Part shown: positions 7,946-17,354 of the stretch, one piece after another
Position numbering within the stretch: the stretch's first letter is position 1
Layout of the letters: every line of letters begins with the position of its first letter
Assembly (NCBI GenBank): GCA_001788965.1
Contig: MFXU01000014.1
Span: 1-42,003 of the forward strand
DNA length: 42,003 nt
Direction of reading: 5' to 3'
From: Candidatus Peribacteria bacterium RIFCSPHIGHO2_02_FULL_51_15
Lineage (GTDB): Bacteria > Patescibacteriota > Gracilibacteria > Peribacterales > Peribacteraceae
The notes under the pieces: generated by a model
What the model saw: only the letters and a program-made list of their open reading frames with translations
Database searches by the model: none
What the model was told of the DNA's origin: nothing
Position numbers and translations under genes: made by a program

Positions 7946-10210
7946 ATGAAGTTTCCGAACATTCCCCTTCTGGTTCTCGACACCGAAACAACCGGTTTCG
8001 TGCCGGGGCTGCACCGGGTGATCGAATACGCCTGCATGGAAATACGGGGCGGTGAAATCGTAAGTGAATTCGACACGCTGATCTCGCCCGAAGAGGATGA
8101 AATCCCCCCGCATGTTCAGGTCATGACCCAGATCCGGCCGGAGGACATGAAAGGCCAGCCGGCTTTCGGCGAGGTTTTTGAGACGCTCGAAAAAATGTTG
8201 AAAAAGGACCTGATCATTGTCGGTCAAAATATCAAATATGACGTCTCAATGCTGAAAGGCGAAGGATGGGATTTAAATGATTATCCGATGATCGACACGG
8301 CTATGCTGGCCTCACTGGTTTTTCCCGAAATCAAAAGCTATTCGCTGGGATACCTCAGCGCGGTTCTGGGCTTGAGTCACGCGCCGAAGCACCGGGCGCT
8401 CGGGGATGTGCGGGCTACATCGGAGCTTCTGTCAAAATGCTTCGAACGCCTTCTCATGTTGCCGGGAAAAGACATCGAAACACTGGCCGGTCTGGCAGGT
8501 CGCGGGCCGGAAGGTTATCGGCGGTTTTTCCGCTCACTTGCCGATGCATCTGAGGGAAGCCGGCCCCGGCCGGAATGGCTTTCACTCGTGCGCCGGCATT
8601 TTTTGGCAGGCAAATCGGACCGAACCGTGACGATCGGCCAGCCTCCTCCGGCTAAAGTGCAGGTTACTCAGGAATCACTTGATCCGGCTTTCCTGCCGGC
8701 CGTCATAAAAGGAGCCGGCAAAAACACCTGGGTCGCCGCAAAAAACGTTGATTCACTGATCCGCCGGCTGCCGGAGGATTGCGCTTTTAACGCTTTGCCG
8801 TCGCCCGATTTCATCCTGTCAAAAGCGGCATCTGAGACTTTCCTGAGCCAGGACAGATTCACCGATGACGAAGTCATTCTGGCGATGAAGCTTAAGTTAT
8901 TTTCTCCGAAAACCAGGGCCGACCTGCCGCTGCATGGAGAAGAAAACCACATCTGGTCGGCCAAACTGGCCGCCAATTCCGAAAGTCCGGAATACTTTCT
9001 CGTGCTTGAGGCCGCCAAAACGGGGCCGGTTTTGCTGAGTCACTTCGAATTACTCCATCTTGCCGAACGCCCGGCCGCGCTCCCGCCTGAAGGAGCACAT
9101 TTGATAATAGATGATGCTTCGATGCTGGAAGATACGGCGACGCAGGCGCTGGGCTGGCTGTGCCTGCTGCCGACGCTTAGGGCCGGGGCGGAAGGCAATC
9201 CATTGCTCACAAAATGCGCCGATCTGGTGGAGCTCTGGATTGAAAAAACGCGCGGCGGGCTCGATCGCAGATACCTCGCTGAAAACGATCTCGAGACGAA
9301 GGAGGCGGCAGGCCTGAGGAGCATCCTCGGCGAAGTCATGGACAGAGAGCTAAAGCACCCGGCCCGGCGGGCGCTGGATGATTTGATGAAAATAATGGAC
9401 ATAAAAAATCTCGGGGGGAGGATCTGCTGGATCGAAGCATTCATCGACGGCAGCAAATCCATCCGTTCCGTCCCGGAAAATGTGGCCGGGCTGCTGGCGG
9501 AAAAAATTTACAGCCGGTTCCGCACGACTCTCATCGTCCCGAAATCAAGCCAGGAAAATACGGGTTTGATCATCCCGCCGGGCCAGGAAACAGCCGTGGC
9601 GCCCCCGGTCGATTTTGGCTCACCCGAGGCCGAAGTAGTTTTTTCGTCCCAGCTGAAAATAAACGATTTTATCGCCGAACCGAAAGGGAAAACCGTTTTT
9701 CTGGCATCGAGCAAGAGGACTATCGAGGACATTTATATCAAACATGCGGAGCAGGCCGAAACAGCGGGAGTCACTTTGTTATGCCAGGGTTTTTCCGGAG
9801 GGCAGAGCCGGATGCAGGCCGAGTTTTCGGTCGCGCCTGCGCCCGCAATTATTTTTATCACGCCCTGGATTTACGAAACATTCGAGCTCCCTTCGGGAAC
9901 CCTCGACCGCCTCGTGATCCAGGCTTTGCCTTTTGACCATCCGTCACATGCGGTTTTCAACCGGAGGAGCCAGAAGTTTCAGGATCCTTTCATGGAATAT
10001 TCGGTGCCACGGCTCCGGCACCGGCTTTTCCGATTGATTCGGACATTTTGCCGCCACGCCAAACAGGGCGGAACCGTGGAAATATTGGATGAACGTATAA
10101 CGACCAAAGCTTACGGAAAAGAGCTGAAGGCTTATCTCACTTCGTTATTGCCGGAAAAGAGGACGGAAGCGGAAACTGGAAAGCAGATGCCGATTTGGGG
10201 AGGCAATTAG
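7946..10210 (+). CDS. DEDDh (DnaQ-like) 3'-5' exonuclease fused to a degenerate DinG-like helicase
   Basis: N-terminal VLDTETTG...GQNIKYD...HRALGD. C-terminal LVIQALPFDHP...RLIR...ILDERITTKAYGK (DinG helicase C-terminal domain). Walker A not seen; DEAH appears as DDAS. Confidence 0.88.
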   Translation: MKFPNIPLLVLDTETTGFVPGLHRVIEYACMEIRGGEIVSEFDTLISPEEDEIPPHVQVMTQIRPEDMKGQPAFGEVFETLEKMLKKDLIIVGQNIKYDVSMLKGEGWDLNDYPMIDTAMLASLVFPEIKSYSLGYLSAVLGLSHAPKHRALGDVRATSELLSKCFERLLMLPGKDIETLAGLAGRGPEGYRRFFRSLADASEGSRPRPEWLSLVRRHFLAGKSDRTVTIGQPPPAKVQVTQESLDPAFLPAVIKGAGKNTWVAAKNVDSLIRRLPEDCAFNALPSPDFILSKAASETFLSQDRFTDDEVILAMKLKLFSPKTRADLPLHGEENHIWSAKLAANSESPEYFLVLEAAKTGPVLLSHFELLHLAERPAALPPEGAHLIIDDASMLEDTATQALGWLCLLPTLRAGAEGNPLLTKCADLVELWIEKTRGGLDRRYLAENDLETKEAAGLRSILGEVMDRELKHPARRALDDLMKIMDIKNLGGRICWIEAFIDGSKSIRSVPENVAGLLAEKIYSRFRTTLIVPKSSQENTGLIIPPGQETAVAPPVDFGSPEAEVVFSSQLKINDFIAEPKGKTVFLASSKRTIEDIYIKHAEQAETAGVTLLCQGFSGGQSRMQAEFSVAPAPAIIFITPWIYETFELPSGTLDRLVIQALPFDHPSHAVFNRRSQKFQDPFMEYSVPRLRHRLFRLIRTFCRHAKQGGTVEILDERITTKAYGKELKAYLTSLLPEKRTEAETGKQMPIWGGN

Positions 10211-10526
10211 CAATTGGCCATTAACAGTTGTGATAACAATTGGCCTTTTTAGCAGTTGGAAAAATCTGGTAGTAGCAGCCAAAAAACAGTTACCTGTAAT
10301 TTTTTTATTGGCAAATCGTCTCCGCATGTATAAAAATACAACCATGGAAACCTCACCCTCATTCTCCAGGCAAGACACTTCATCCAAATCCAGGGAAATC
10401 AAGAGATGGGATGAACGGCCGCCTCGACCTACTGAAAATCCCAAAGTCGACCAAATGCTTTTGGAAGCCCGAGCAGGCTTAAGAAATTATTCGAGCGTCG
10501 CGGCTTATATAGGATTTCCGACGTCC

Positions 10527-11921
10527 TCAGTCGGCGCCCCGGCCTCCAAGAACCGTGAACAAAGTCCGCCACAGGATCCAGAGGTCGAGACCCAGCGACC
10601 AGTCCTCGATGTAGCGCATGTCGAGGAGAATCTCCTCGTCGAAGCTTAGCTCCGACCGGCCGGAGATCTGGGCCAGTCCTGTGATGCCGGGGCGGACAGT
10701 AAAGACCCTGTGTTGCCTTTCGGTGTAGCGGGCGACTTCGTCATGAAGATGCGGCCTCGGTCCCACGAGCGACAGGTGTCCGGCCACGACGTTGAATAGC
10801 CCCGGCAGCTCATCCAGGCTCCAGCGGCGAAGAAAACGGCCGATGGGAGTCGTGCGCGGGTCGCCTTTTATTTTGAAAAGCGGGCCGTCTCTCCGGTGCG
10901 AAAAACATTCCAGGTCTTTCTTTTTCAAATCGGCGTCACGGCACATGGTCCTGAATTTCAAAAGCGGTATGCGCCCGCGCCCGTATTGGCCGACGCGGTT
11001 GCTGACATAAAAAACAGGCAGACCGGACGTAACCAGAACGGCGCAAGCGATGATGAAAATAAGCGGGCTTAATAGACCCAGGAGAACCGATCCAAAGACC
11101 AGATCTATACCCCTTTTCCAGACGCGCCCCCAGCCGTCGAGCGGCGTCGGTTCGAACCGCAGCATCGGCGTAAGCCCCAGCCGGTTAATGGAAAGCTGAT
11201 GCGGGACATCGGCAAAAAGCGGCGGCAGGAAAGCATATGTCACGTGTCTGCTCCGGCAGAAATCGACGAGTCTCAAAGTGTCTTCGTTTCCCGGGTTCGG
11301 GTCGGTATGCAGTATTAGGTCCAGCGGTTCCCGTTCGTGCATTTCGCTTACTTCGACAAATCCGGGCACATGGCCCAGGTACTGGAAACGCAGATCTTTC
11401 AAGAGATTTTCGCCGACACTTCGCGGCAGCATTGTAAGCCCGCACGAAAGCACCGCCCGCGTGCCTATTCCGCGGCGAAGAAATATCCGTTGAATAAGCA
11501 GCACCACGCCCCTCAGGGCAATAACGAAGAAAGTCAGCAGCGCCGTGGCCTGAAGCAGGAGTACGCGCGAGAAAAAGAGCTGACGCTCTATGAAGAAGAA
11601 CCAGGCGATGACCAGCGCGATCCAAAGGCCGGAAGCCACGATCACCCGTCCCATCTCGCGCCAGGGACCCAGCGTGATCCTGAGTGAATAAAGGCCGAGC
11701 CCAAGCAGCACGAAGAGATAAACCCAGGTGGCCGGAAGGGCAAAATGCATCAGGTAATAATTGAATTCCGGTAAAGTCGGCGAATTTGAAAGAAGATTGA
11801 GCCGGGGGATCAGGTCGATGTTCCGGGTGCGGAGGAAATAAGCGAAAAGCAGCGAAGCGAACACGGCCATAAAATCGACCGGCACGCGGATGATGCCGAA
11901 AAGGATCTCGGAACGCTTCAT
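10527..11921 (-). CDS. Polyprenyl-phosphate sugar phosphotransferase (WcaJ/WbaP-like)
   Basis: N-terminal TM helices; KFRTM, DPRTTPIGRFLRRWSLDELP, SLVGPRP, RPGITGLAQISGR and YIEDWSLGLDLWIL. Confidence 0.95.
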   Translation of the reverse strand: MKRSEILFGIIRVPVDFMAVFASLLFAYFLRTRNIDLIPRLNLLSNSPTLPEFNYYLMHFALPATWVYLFVLLGLGLYSLRITLGPWREMGRVIVASGLWIALVIAWFFFIERQLFFSRVLLLQATALLTFFVIALRGVVLLIQRIFLRRGIGTRAVLSCGLTMLPRSVGENLLKDLRFQYLGHVPGFVEVSEMHEREPLDLILHTDPNPGNEDTLRLVDFCRSRHVTYAFLPPLFADVPHQLSINRLGLTPMLRFEPTPLDGWGRVWKRGIDLVFGSVLLGLLSPLIFIIACAVLVTSGLPVFYVSNRVGQYGRGRIPLLKFRTMCRDADLKKKDLECFSHRRDGPLFKIKGDPRTTPIGRFLRRWSLDELPGLFNVVAGHLSLVGPRPHLHDEVARYTERQHRVFTVRPGITGLAQISGRSELSFDEEILLDMRYIEDWSLGLDLWILWRTLFTVLGGRGAD

Positions 11922-11985
11922 GCAGGGAGGAGTTTATACCTGAAATGGAGAGTGCTACGGTGGGCAGCCTACGCGTCGCGTAGGC

Positions 11986-12060
11986 TGGAGCCGCTTCGGG
12001 GATTTGAACCCCGGACCTGCTCATTACAAGTGAGCTGCTCTACCACTGAGCTAAAGCGGC
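11986..12060 (-). tRNA. tRNA-Thr (anticodon TGT)
   Basis: GCCGCTTTAGCTCAGTGGTAGAGCAGCTCACTTGTAATGAGCAGGTCCGGGGTTCAAATCCCCGAAGCGGCTCCA folds as a cloverleaf with encoded CCA. Confidence 0.97.
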
Positions 12061-12154
12061 ATGTGGTAACAAAATTAAGTATAGATTTTAACATGGCAGA
12101 AGGACAGAAGTGAGTTTTTTTTCTTCGTAAAATGCGGGTTGCCCCGCATTTACG

Positions 12155-12584
12155 CCTGTACTTCGTACGCCGGATTCTGTCCGGCTTCGTCCGCCCGAGG
12201 CGGACTACGCCGAGATGACCATCTATCTGGCCCGCGGATATTCTCAGCGGATCTACCCCACTTCGCCTTTCGGCTTCGCGGGGATTAGCGGAGGGGTGGC
12301 CGGAGCGACGGAATCATCGCTTGATCTGACCACCCAAATCCTCCTTGCAGCACCTAGAAGTTTGCCGTGATGCCCCGGATTCCCCGGGGCCAACCCCGCA
12401 CGCACGAGTGCTGCGGGGACGTTTCATATCATCCGCCTGAGGGCGGACTGCTCGTCTCTGTGGCACTTGTCCGCATGCAACTTTACCGGATATATGTTGC
12501 ATGGGTGGGCGTTACCCACTAGGCATTCCATTGCTGTCCGGACGTTCCTCCCCGCGGAAGCGGGGCGGTCATCTAAAGAACAGG
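12155..12584 (-). ncRNA. rnpB: RNase P RNA (bacterial type A-like)
   Basis: Minus strand has GAGGAACGTCCGGAC near the 5' end and ACAGAATCCGGCGTA near the 3' end (P4 halves), with P1-like pairing CCTGTTCTT/AAGTACAGG. Ends approximate. Confidence 0.93.
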
Positions 12585-12684
12585 AAACGTGATTATCGCA
12601 TTAATAGGATGAAAAACAAATTTTATTCTCCGGTTTCCCGGACTCTTATTTGTTATTACTTTCCTTATCTTTTTATTTCGCCAT

Positions 12685-14931
12685 CTAATTTTTTTTAGTA
12701 GATTCTGTCTTATTCAGCTCAACAGGTACCGACAATTCAAACGTCGTGCCGGTTCCTTCCTTGCTGTGAAATGAAAGCTTTCCGCCGATGCTTTCGGCGG
12801 CGATGTGAGAGATATACAAACCGAGGCCCGAGCCTTCCGCATCTGAAAGGCGGGCATTCGTTCCGCGGAAAAGTTTCTTGAAAATCTCGGGTTGCTGGTT
12901 TTCCGGTATGCCTATCCCGCGGTCCGATATGGAAAACATCACGGTTTTCTGGGGGCGGTTCAGCGCGATAACGGCACTGACCGAAGTGCTTTCCCGGCCG
13001 TATTTTATCGCATTATTCACCAGATTTTCGAGAATCAGAAGAAGCAAGCCCCGATCAGAATAAATTTCAGCCGGATTGGCGCAATGTACTTCAACAGTCA
13101 TTTTTTTTCTTTTCAGTTCCAATTTGAAAGACTCTTTTATCTCACTCAAAAGTTTAGCCACATCGACGGCTTCGGGCTTTAACTGTATTTTTCCCAGTTC
13201 CAGGCGTGAAACGTTCAAAAGCGCGTTGACGAGATGCACCATCCGGGAATTTGAAGCCGTCACCTCCTCGACATATTGCTCCTGCTGCGAATTCAGGGAA
13301 CCGGCGTCTTTTGCAAGCAGCATTTCCAGATACCAACGCATGGAGGAAAGCGGGGTTCTCAGCTGGTGCGAGACCAGGGTAATGAAATCGGATTTCATGT
13401 GGTCGATGCGGCGCTCCTCGGTGATGTCCCGGAAAACAGCGACCGATCCCAGGCACTGACGGCCTTTCAGTATCGGTGTGACCCTGAGATGCAGGGCGCT
13501 TTGGGTGCCGTCGCGGCGAAAAAGCGCGAATTCGGGGTCAGTCAGCGGATTGAAGCGCTGCTTGGTCCGGACAACTTTTAAAATCGGATGCTCGGTGGGG
13601 GGAACTTCCCTGCCGCTTCTGTCGGTGATCTTCAGGATATCGGTTGAGTTTGAGCCCGTTACATTTCCGGAGGACCAGCCGGTGAGAAGCTCGCCGTTTT
13701 TGTTGAGATAAACCGCTTTCCCGTTTCGGCCGCTGACCAGCAGCCCGTAATCGATGCTTTCCAGTATCGCGGCGTCTTCGGCGTGCTGGGCTTGCAGGGC
13801 ACTTGTCCGCTCTCTTACTTTTTCTTCGAGGTGGTCATGCGCCTCGCGTAGCCTGCGAGTGAGGTTAAAAGCCGCCCGGTCTACTATTTCCAATTCATTT
13901 CCGGTGAATATCGAACGCCTGAATTTCCATCTGCGGGTTTCCAGATTGTTCAGTTTACGGGCGAGTTCTTCGAGGGGCGAGACTATATGGCGGGCCAGAA
14001 CGAAAACAGTGAATGAGAGAAGGGTGACCATCATCAAACCGCTTCCCATCAGGTTGGCCGCCAGCCGGAACACGGGTTCCAAAAGCTCGAACCTGTCCAT
14101 CTGAACGATTATCGCCCACTTGATCGAAGGCAAATGCCGGTACGCAGCCAGGACCCTGATGCCGGAGTAATCAACAGTTTCGACCGAACCCTCTTTGCCT
14201 TCCAGGGTTTTCATAAATAATTCCGAGCGGTCGTCGATCTCGGCGAGACGGGTCAGGTTTGGGCCTGCAGGGGTGTTATTTGAGTGCAATAAAACCAAAC
14301 CGCCGGAATCCTCGGCAGCCAGAATGATCTCGGCGGTTTTTCCGAGATAAGTGGTTTCGAGCAGACGGGCGATGAGTATGCCGGGGTCGAAAATCGCGAT
14401 CAGTGTGCCGGTTCTATTGCCGGCGCGATCAAACTGGGGAGTCGCTATCAGATAAGCGGACCAGCCTGTGCTAAAGCTTCGGCTGGCTGGCCAGTCTTTA
14501 TTTTCGAATACCGGGAAAAAAAACGTCCGGGATTCGTGTTTAATTTTTTCCATCACGGTTTCAGGCAAGGGATCGACTTGTGTGTTCCCGGGAGAGAGAC
14601 GGCTTATCTTTCCGGAAGAATTTATCAGCAAAAGTTCTTTGAATCCTATGAGATTCATAACTGACGGGAGCGTAGTTAAAAGTGGATCCCGTCCCAGGAT
14701 CGCCAATTGCTCGCGCTGTCTGGAGATCGTCATTTCAAACAGATACTCTTTCGAGGAAGCCGCGAAATCGAGCTGTGCCGCCGTTCGCATCTTCAGTTCG
14801 CGGCCGGTAAGATAAAAAGTCGCCGCCATTACGGCAAAAACCGTAAAAAGCAGCATCGCGAAAGACTCCAAAAAAAGCGTCGTGCGGATCGAATGAAATT
14901 TCTTCGCCTGCCCTGGCCTATGTGAAGGCAT
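12685..14931 (-). CDS. Membrane sensor histidine kinase (TM, Cache-like, TM, HAMP, PAS, HisKA, HATPase)
   Basis: FITLVSHQLRTPL H-box, ENLVNNAIKY N-box, DRGIGIP and GSGLGL G-boxes, two TM segments, PAS-like region. Confidence 0.95.
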   Translation of the reverse strand: MPSHRPGQAKKFHSIRTTLFLESFAMLLFTVFAVMAATFYLTGRELKMRTAAQLDFAASSKEYLFEMTISRQREQLAILGRDPLLTTLPSVMNLIGFKELLLINSSGKISRLSPGNTQVDPLPETVMEKIKHESRTFFFPVFENKDWPASRSFSTGWSAYLIATPQFDRAGNRTGTLIAIFDPGILIARLLETTYLGKTAEIILAAEDSGGLVLLHSNNTPAGPNLTRLAEIDDRSELFMKTLEGKEGSVETVDYSGIRVLAAYRHLPSIKWAIIVQMDRFELLEPVFRLAANLMGSGLMMVTLLSFTVFVLARHIVSPLEELARKLNNLETRRWKFRRSIFTGNELEIVDRAAFNLTRRLREAHDHLEEKVRERTSALQAQHAEDAAILESIDYGLLVSGRNGKAVYLNKNGELLTGWSSGNVTGSNSTDILKITDRSGREVPPTEHPILKVVRTKQRFNPLTDPEFALFRRDGTQSALHLRVTPILKGRQCLGSVAVFRDITEERRIDHMKSDFITLVSHQLRTPLSSMRWYLEMLLAKDAGSLNSQQEQYVEEVTASNSRMVHLVNALLNVSRLELGKIQLKPEAVDVAKLLSEIKESFKLELKRKKMTVEVHCANPAEIYSDRGLLLLILENLVNNAIKYGRESTSVSAVIALNRPQKTVMFSISDRGIGIPENQQPEIFKKLFRGTNARLSDAEGSGLGLYISHIAAESIGGKLSFHSKEGTGTTFELSVPVELNKTESTKKN

Positions 14932-14981
14932 AAATCATTATATTATAGCAGAAAAGTGGAAGCCGGAGAACTTTAAAAAGG

Positions 14982-15181
14982 GTAACTGCTCACTGACCTT
15001 GCAGAAAATACCGCTAACCTTGCCGCCTCACCCCCTGCCCCTCTCCCGCATTCGCGGGCGAGGGGAGCTCCGCTTCACCTCCGAATGAAGTGTAATACGG
15101 ATTCCTCTCTCCCTTTTTGGGAGAGAGGTGGCGCCGCAGCGCCGGAGTGAGGCGATGGCTGCAGAGTCAGTGAGCAGTTAC
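14982..15181. mobile_element. MITE-like element family B, copy 1 (REP-doublet cargo)
   Basis: Perfect 16-bp TIR GTAACTGCTCACTGAC/GTCAGTGAGCAGTTAC with 8-bp direct repeat TAAAAAGG at 14974-14981 and 15182-15189. Confidence 0.9.
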
Positions 15182-15188
15182 TAAAAAG

Positions 15189-15260
15189 GAAACCGAGGAA
15201 TCCGAAGAAACCGACGAAACCGAAGAAAGGCGGCTTTTCCTCGGACTCTTCGGATTCCTC
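15189..15260. repeat. Inverted 9-mer tandem tracts (GAAWCCGAN)n
   Basis: GAAACCGAG GAATCCGAA GAAACCGAC GAAACCGAA followed by the inverted TTCCTCGGACTCTTCGGATTCCTC. Confidence 0.75.
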
Positions 15261-15288
15261 AAAAAAACCCCGGTTACCCGGGGTTTTT
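15261..15288 (-). terminator. Intrinsic terminator after pilin 1
   Basis: ACCCCGG-ttac-CCGGGGT stem with a minus-strand T-run; near-identical to the terminator after pilin 2. Confidence 0.75.
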
Positions 15289-15312
15289 AAGTAATTCCTA
15301 ATCAGTCTCAGA

Positions 15313-15762
15313 TTATCGTGTAACCGAGATTGTGGCACTCTGTTCGGCCTCGAGAGCAGCGACAGTCACGCGGGAGGTGGTGGCGTCTTTGGAAATCGTA
15401 TAGTCGGTCGAGACACCGGCGACATCGGCCTGAGGATCGTTTGGCAGAGCCACGAGATAAGAACCGGTCAAAACGTTCAGATTGACTAGGCTGGTGCAAT
15501 CGACGTTTACGCCGCTCTTACAGATTTCGGTGCCGGAAGTCGGAATAGCAGCAGGCAGACTGCCGTTGTTGTCGATCGAGTACTGGTAAACGGCGTTCAG
15601 GATCGTGTTGACGTCGGCGCGACGCTGTGCGTTTCTGGCATCCCCGAGTTGTTTGGTCGGGTTGATCGCCACGATGACGATGGCGGCCAGGATCGCGATG
15701 ATCCCGATGACGAGGAGCAGCTCAATGAGCGTGAACCCCCGTCGGAGCGAACGAATGGACAT
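15313..15762 (-). CDS. Type IV major pilin-like protein (paralog 1)
   Basis: Prepilin motif RRG|FTLIELLLVIGIIAILAAIVIVAINP and a Cys pair in the globular region. Confidence 0.93.
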   Translation of the reverse strand: MSIRSLRRGFTLIELLLVIGIIAILAAIVIVAINPTKQLGDARNAQRRADVNTILNAVYQYSIDNNGSLPAAIPTSGTEICKSGVNVDCTSLVNLNVLTGSYLVALPNDPQADVAGVSTDYTISKDATTSRVTVAALEAEQSATISVTR

Positions 15763-15950
15763 GTGAAGAGGAGGGGAAAAATAAAAAAGACATAAGCTCT
15801 TTCGGAGCGGACATGAGTATAATCTTTGTTTTGGGTGCGAAAGCCTAAACTGCTTGGCAGGGGAGGAGAATGTTATGAATTAAGGAATCAAAGTTAAAGG
15901 CAAAAGGTTTACGTTTTGCCCTTTTGCCTTTTTTCCTTTTTGCCCTGATC

Positions 15951-15980
15951 AAAAAACCCCGGTTACCCGGAGTTTTTTTG
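15951..15980 (-). terminator. Intrinsic terminator after pilin 2
   Basis: AAAAAACCCCGG-ttac-CCGGAGTTTTTT hairpin with flanking A/T runs. Confidence 0.7.
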
Positions 15981-15998
15981 TTGACGAAATAATTCAGA

Positions 15999-16445
15999 TT
16001 ACCTGGTTACCGAGATCGTCGCACCCTGTTCTTGGCCGGGTGCCGCGACCGTCACGCGCTTGCTGGTGTCATCGCGGAAGATCGTGTAGCCCGCGCTGTT
16101 GCCGGCTGCGTCAGCCTGCGGATCGCTCGGTACGGCGACAACGTACTTTCCGGTCACGACCGTAAGGTCAACCAGACCTGTGCAGGAGGAAGCACCGGTC
16201 TTGCAGATCGGGGTGACAGCGCCGGAGATCGTCGCTGGCAGGTTGCCGTTGTTGTCGATCGAGTACTGATAAACCGCGTTAAGGATCGTATTGACGTCGG
16301 CGCGGCGCTGCGCATTTCGGGCATCGCCAAGCTGTTTGGTCGGGTTGATCGCCACGATGACGATGGCCGCCAGGATCGCGATGATCCCGATGACGAGGAG
16401 CAGCTCAATGAGCGTGAATCCCGGCTTAAGCGAACGAAGTTTCAT
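15999..16445 (-). CDS. Type IV major pilin-like protein (paralog 2)
   Basis: MKLRSLKPG|FTLIELLLVIG...; start placed at ATG 16445 by alignment with paralog 1. Confidence 0.93.
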   Translation of the reverse strand: MKLRSLKPGFTLIELLLVIGIIAILAAIVIVAINPTKQLGDARNAQRRADVNTILNAVYQYSIDNNGNLPATISGAVTPICKTGASSCTGLVDLTVVTGKYVVAVPSDPQADAAGNSAGYTIFRDDTSKRVTVAAPGQEQGATISVTR

Positions 16446-16614
16446 GGAAAATAAGGGGAAAAAAGATAGAAAAAAAGATTTGTCCCACGGACAGGAATGC
16501 ATTCTACTATTTTTGACGATATGCCGTGTAAGTTCTGGAGAAGAATTGCAAGCCTTTTTTTAATAAGGACTTAAGAATAAACAATGATTGGTTACTTTTG
16601 GGGAGCCTCAGAAA

Positions 16615-16691
16615 AATTGTTAAATTGCTAAAAATGCAGGAAATGCGCCTTTCGCTTGCGAACAATTTAGCAATTTAACAATTTAGCAATT
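16615..16691. repeat. Octamer-armed inverted element, copy B (empty core)
   Basis: AATTGTTA AATTGCTA ... CGCTTGCGAACAATT TAGCAATT TAACAATT TAGCAATT. Confidence 0.8.
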
Positions 16692-16733
16692 CTGTCGGGG
16701 GGTGATAATAATTAGCAGTCCGTCAGATTTTTC

Positions 16734-17354
16734 TCAGCAGCTAACGCTGTTCTCCGAGAGTACGCACAGATTTTCCTGGCAGTAATGCCAGCGCATCAAA
16801 TGGTCCGAGCAAGTCGGCAGAGGACAACTGTCGCATCCTCCCGAAACGGAAAAATCATCAGGGAAAAGAGTCACGGAAGACCGGAATTGTCTGGAAAATT
16901 GGCTGCGCTGTACCAGTGACAGCGTGGTAACCATGTCAAAAGACACGACGATGCTTCCGTTCGGCGTATTTTCGAAACTGAGGTTTTGGATATTCACCCG
17001 GTCATGTAGCAGATTTGAAGAAATATTTTTTTGGGTGAAAATGAGTTCCCCCGAAGCCGTTTCGGAAAAAATCGTCGGATATTCCTGGTTGGCAGCCATC
17101 TGAAGGACTATATAAGAGCCGCTCCCTCCCTCCGCCGGAGCCAGGACTTTTTCCGCGCGGCGTATCGTTTTGGTCAATGTTTCCAAAATCTGCGCGCCTC
17201 GTTGCTCCACTTCGGAGATTCCCTGCTGGCGGACCCGGGTTTCCTGGGTGGAGATAAAAACCGAGATAACGGTTGTAAACATTATTGAAAGAATTCCCAA
17301 AAACAGGATCATTTCGAGAAGGGAAAAGCCGGAACGGTTGTGGAAGAATTTCAT
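16734..17354 (-). CDS. Minor pilin/pseudopilin (PilW/PulJ-like) with Cys-rich C-terminus
   Basis: RSG|FSLLEMILFLGIL prepilin motif; six Cys in the last ~35 aa. Confidence 0.85.
   Translation of the reverse strand: MKFFHNRSGFSLLEMILFLGILSIMFTTVISVFISTQETRVRQQGISEVEQRGAQILETLTKTIRRAEKVLAPAEGGSGSYIVLQMAANQEYPTIFSETASGELIFTQKNISSNLLHDRVNIQNLSFENTPNGSIVVSFDMVTTLSLVQRSQFSRQFRSSVTLFPDDFSVSGGCDSCPLPTCSDHLMRWHYCQENLCVLSENSVSC

Noticed and set aside
10230..10649. 139-aa plus-strand ORF (possible start METSPSF at about 10343)
   Set aside because: Overlaps the 3' end of the sugar transferase by about 120 nt and has no motif. A short real gene cannot be excluded but is unsupported.
15313..16445. Pilin pair as a diversity-generating retroelement TR/VR
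   Set aside because: Differences are not adenine-specific, both copies are intact genes, and no reverse transcriptase is present.
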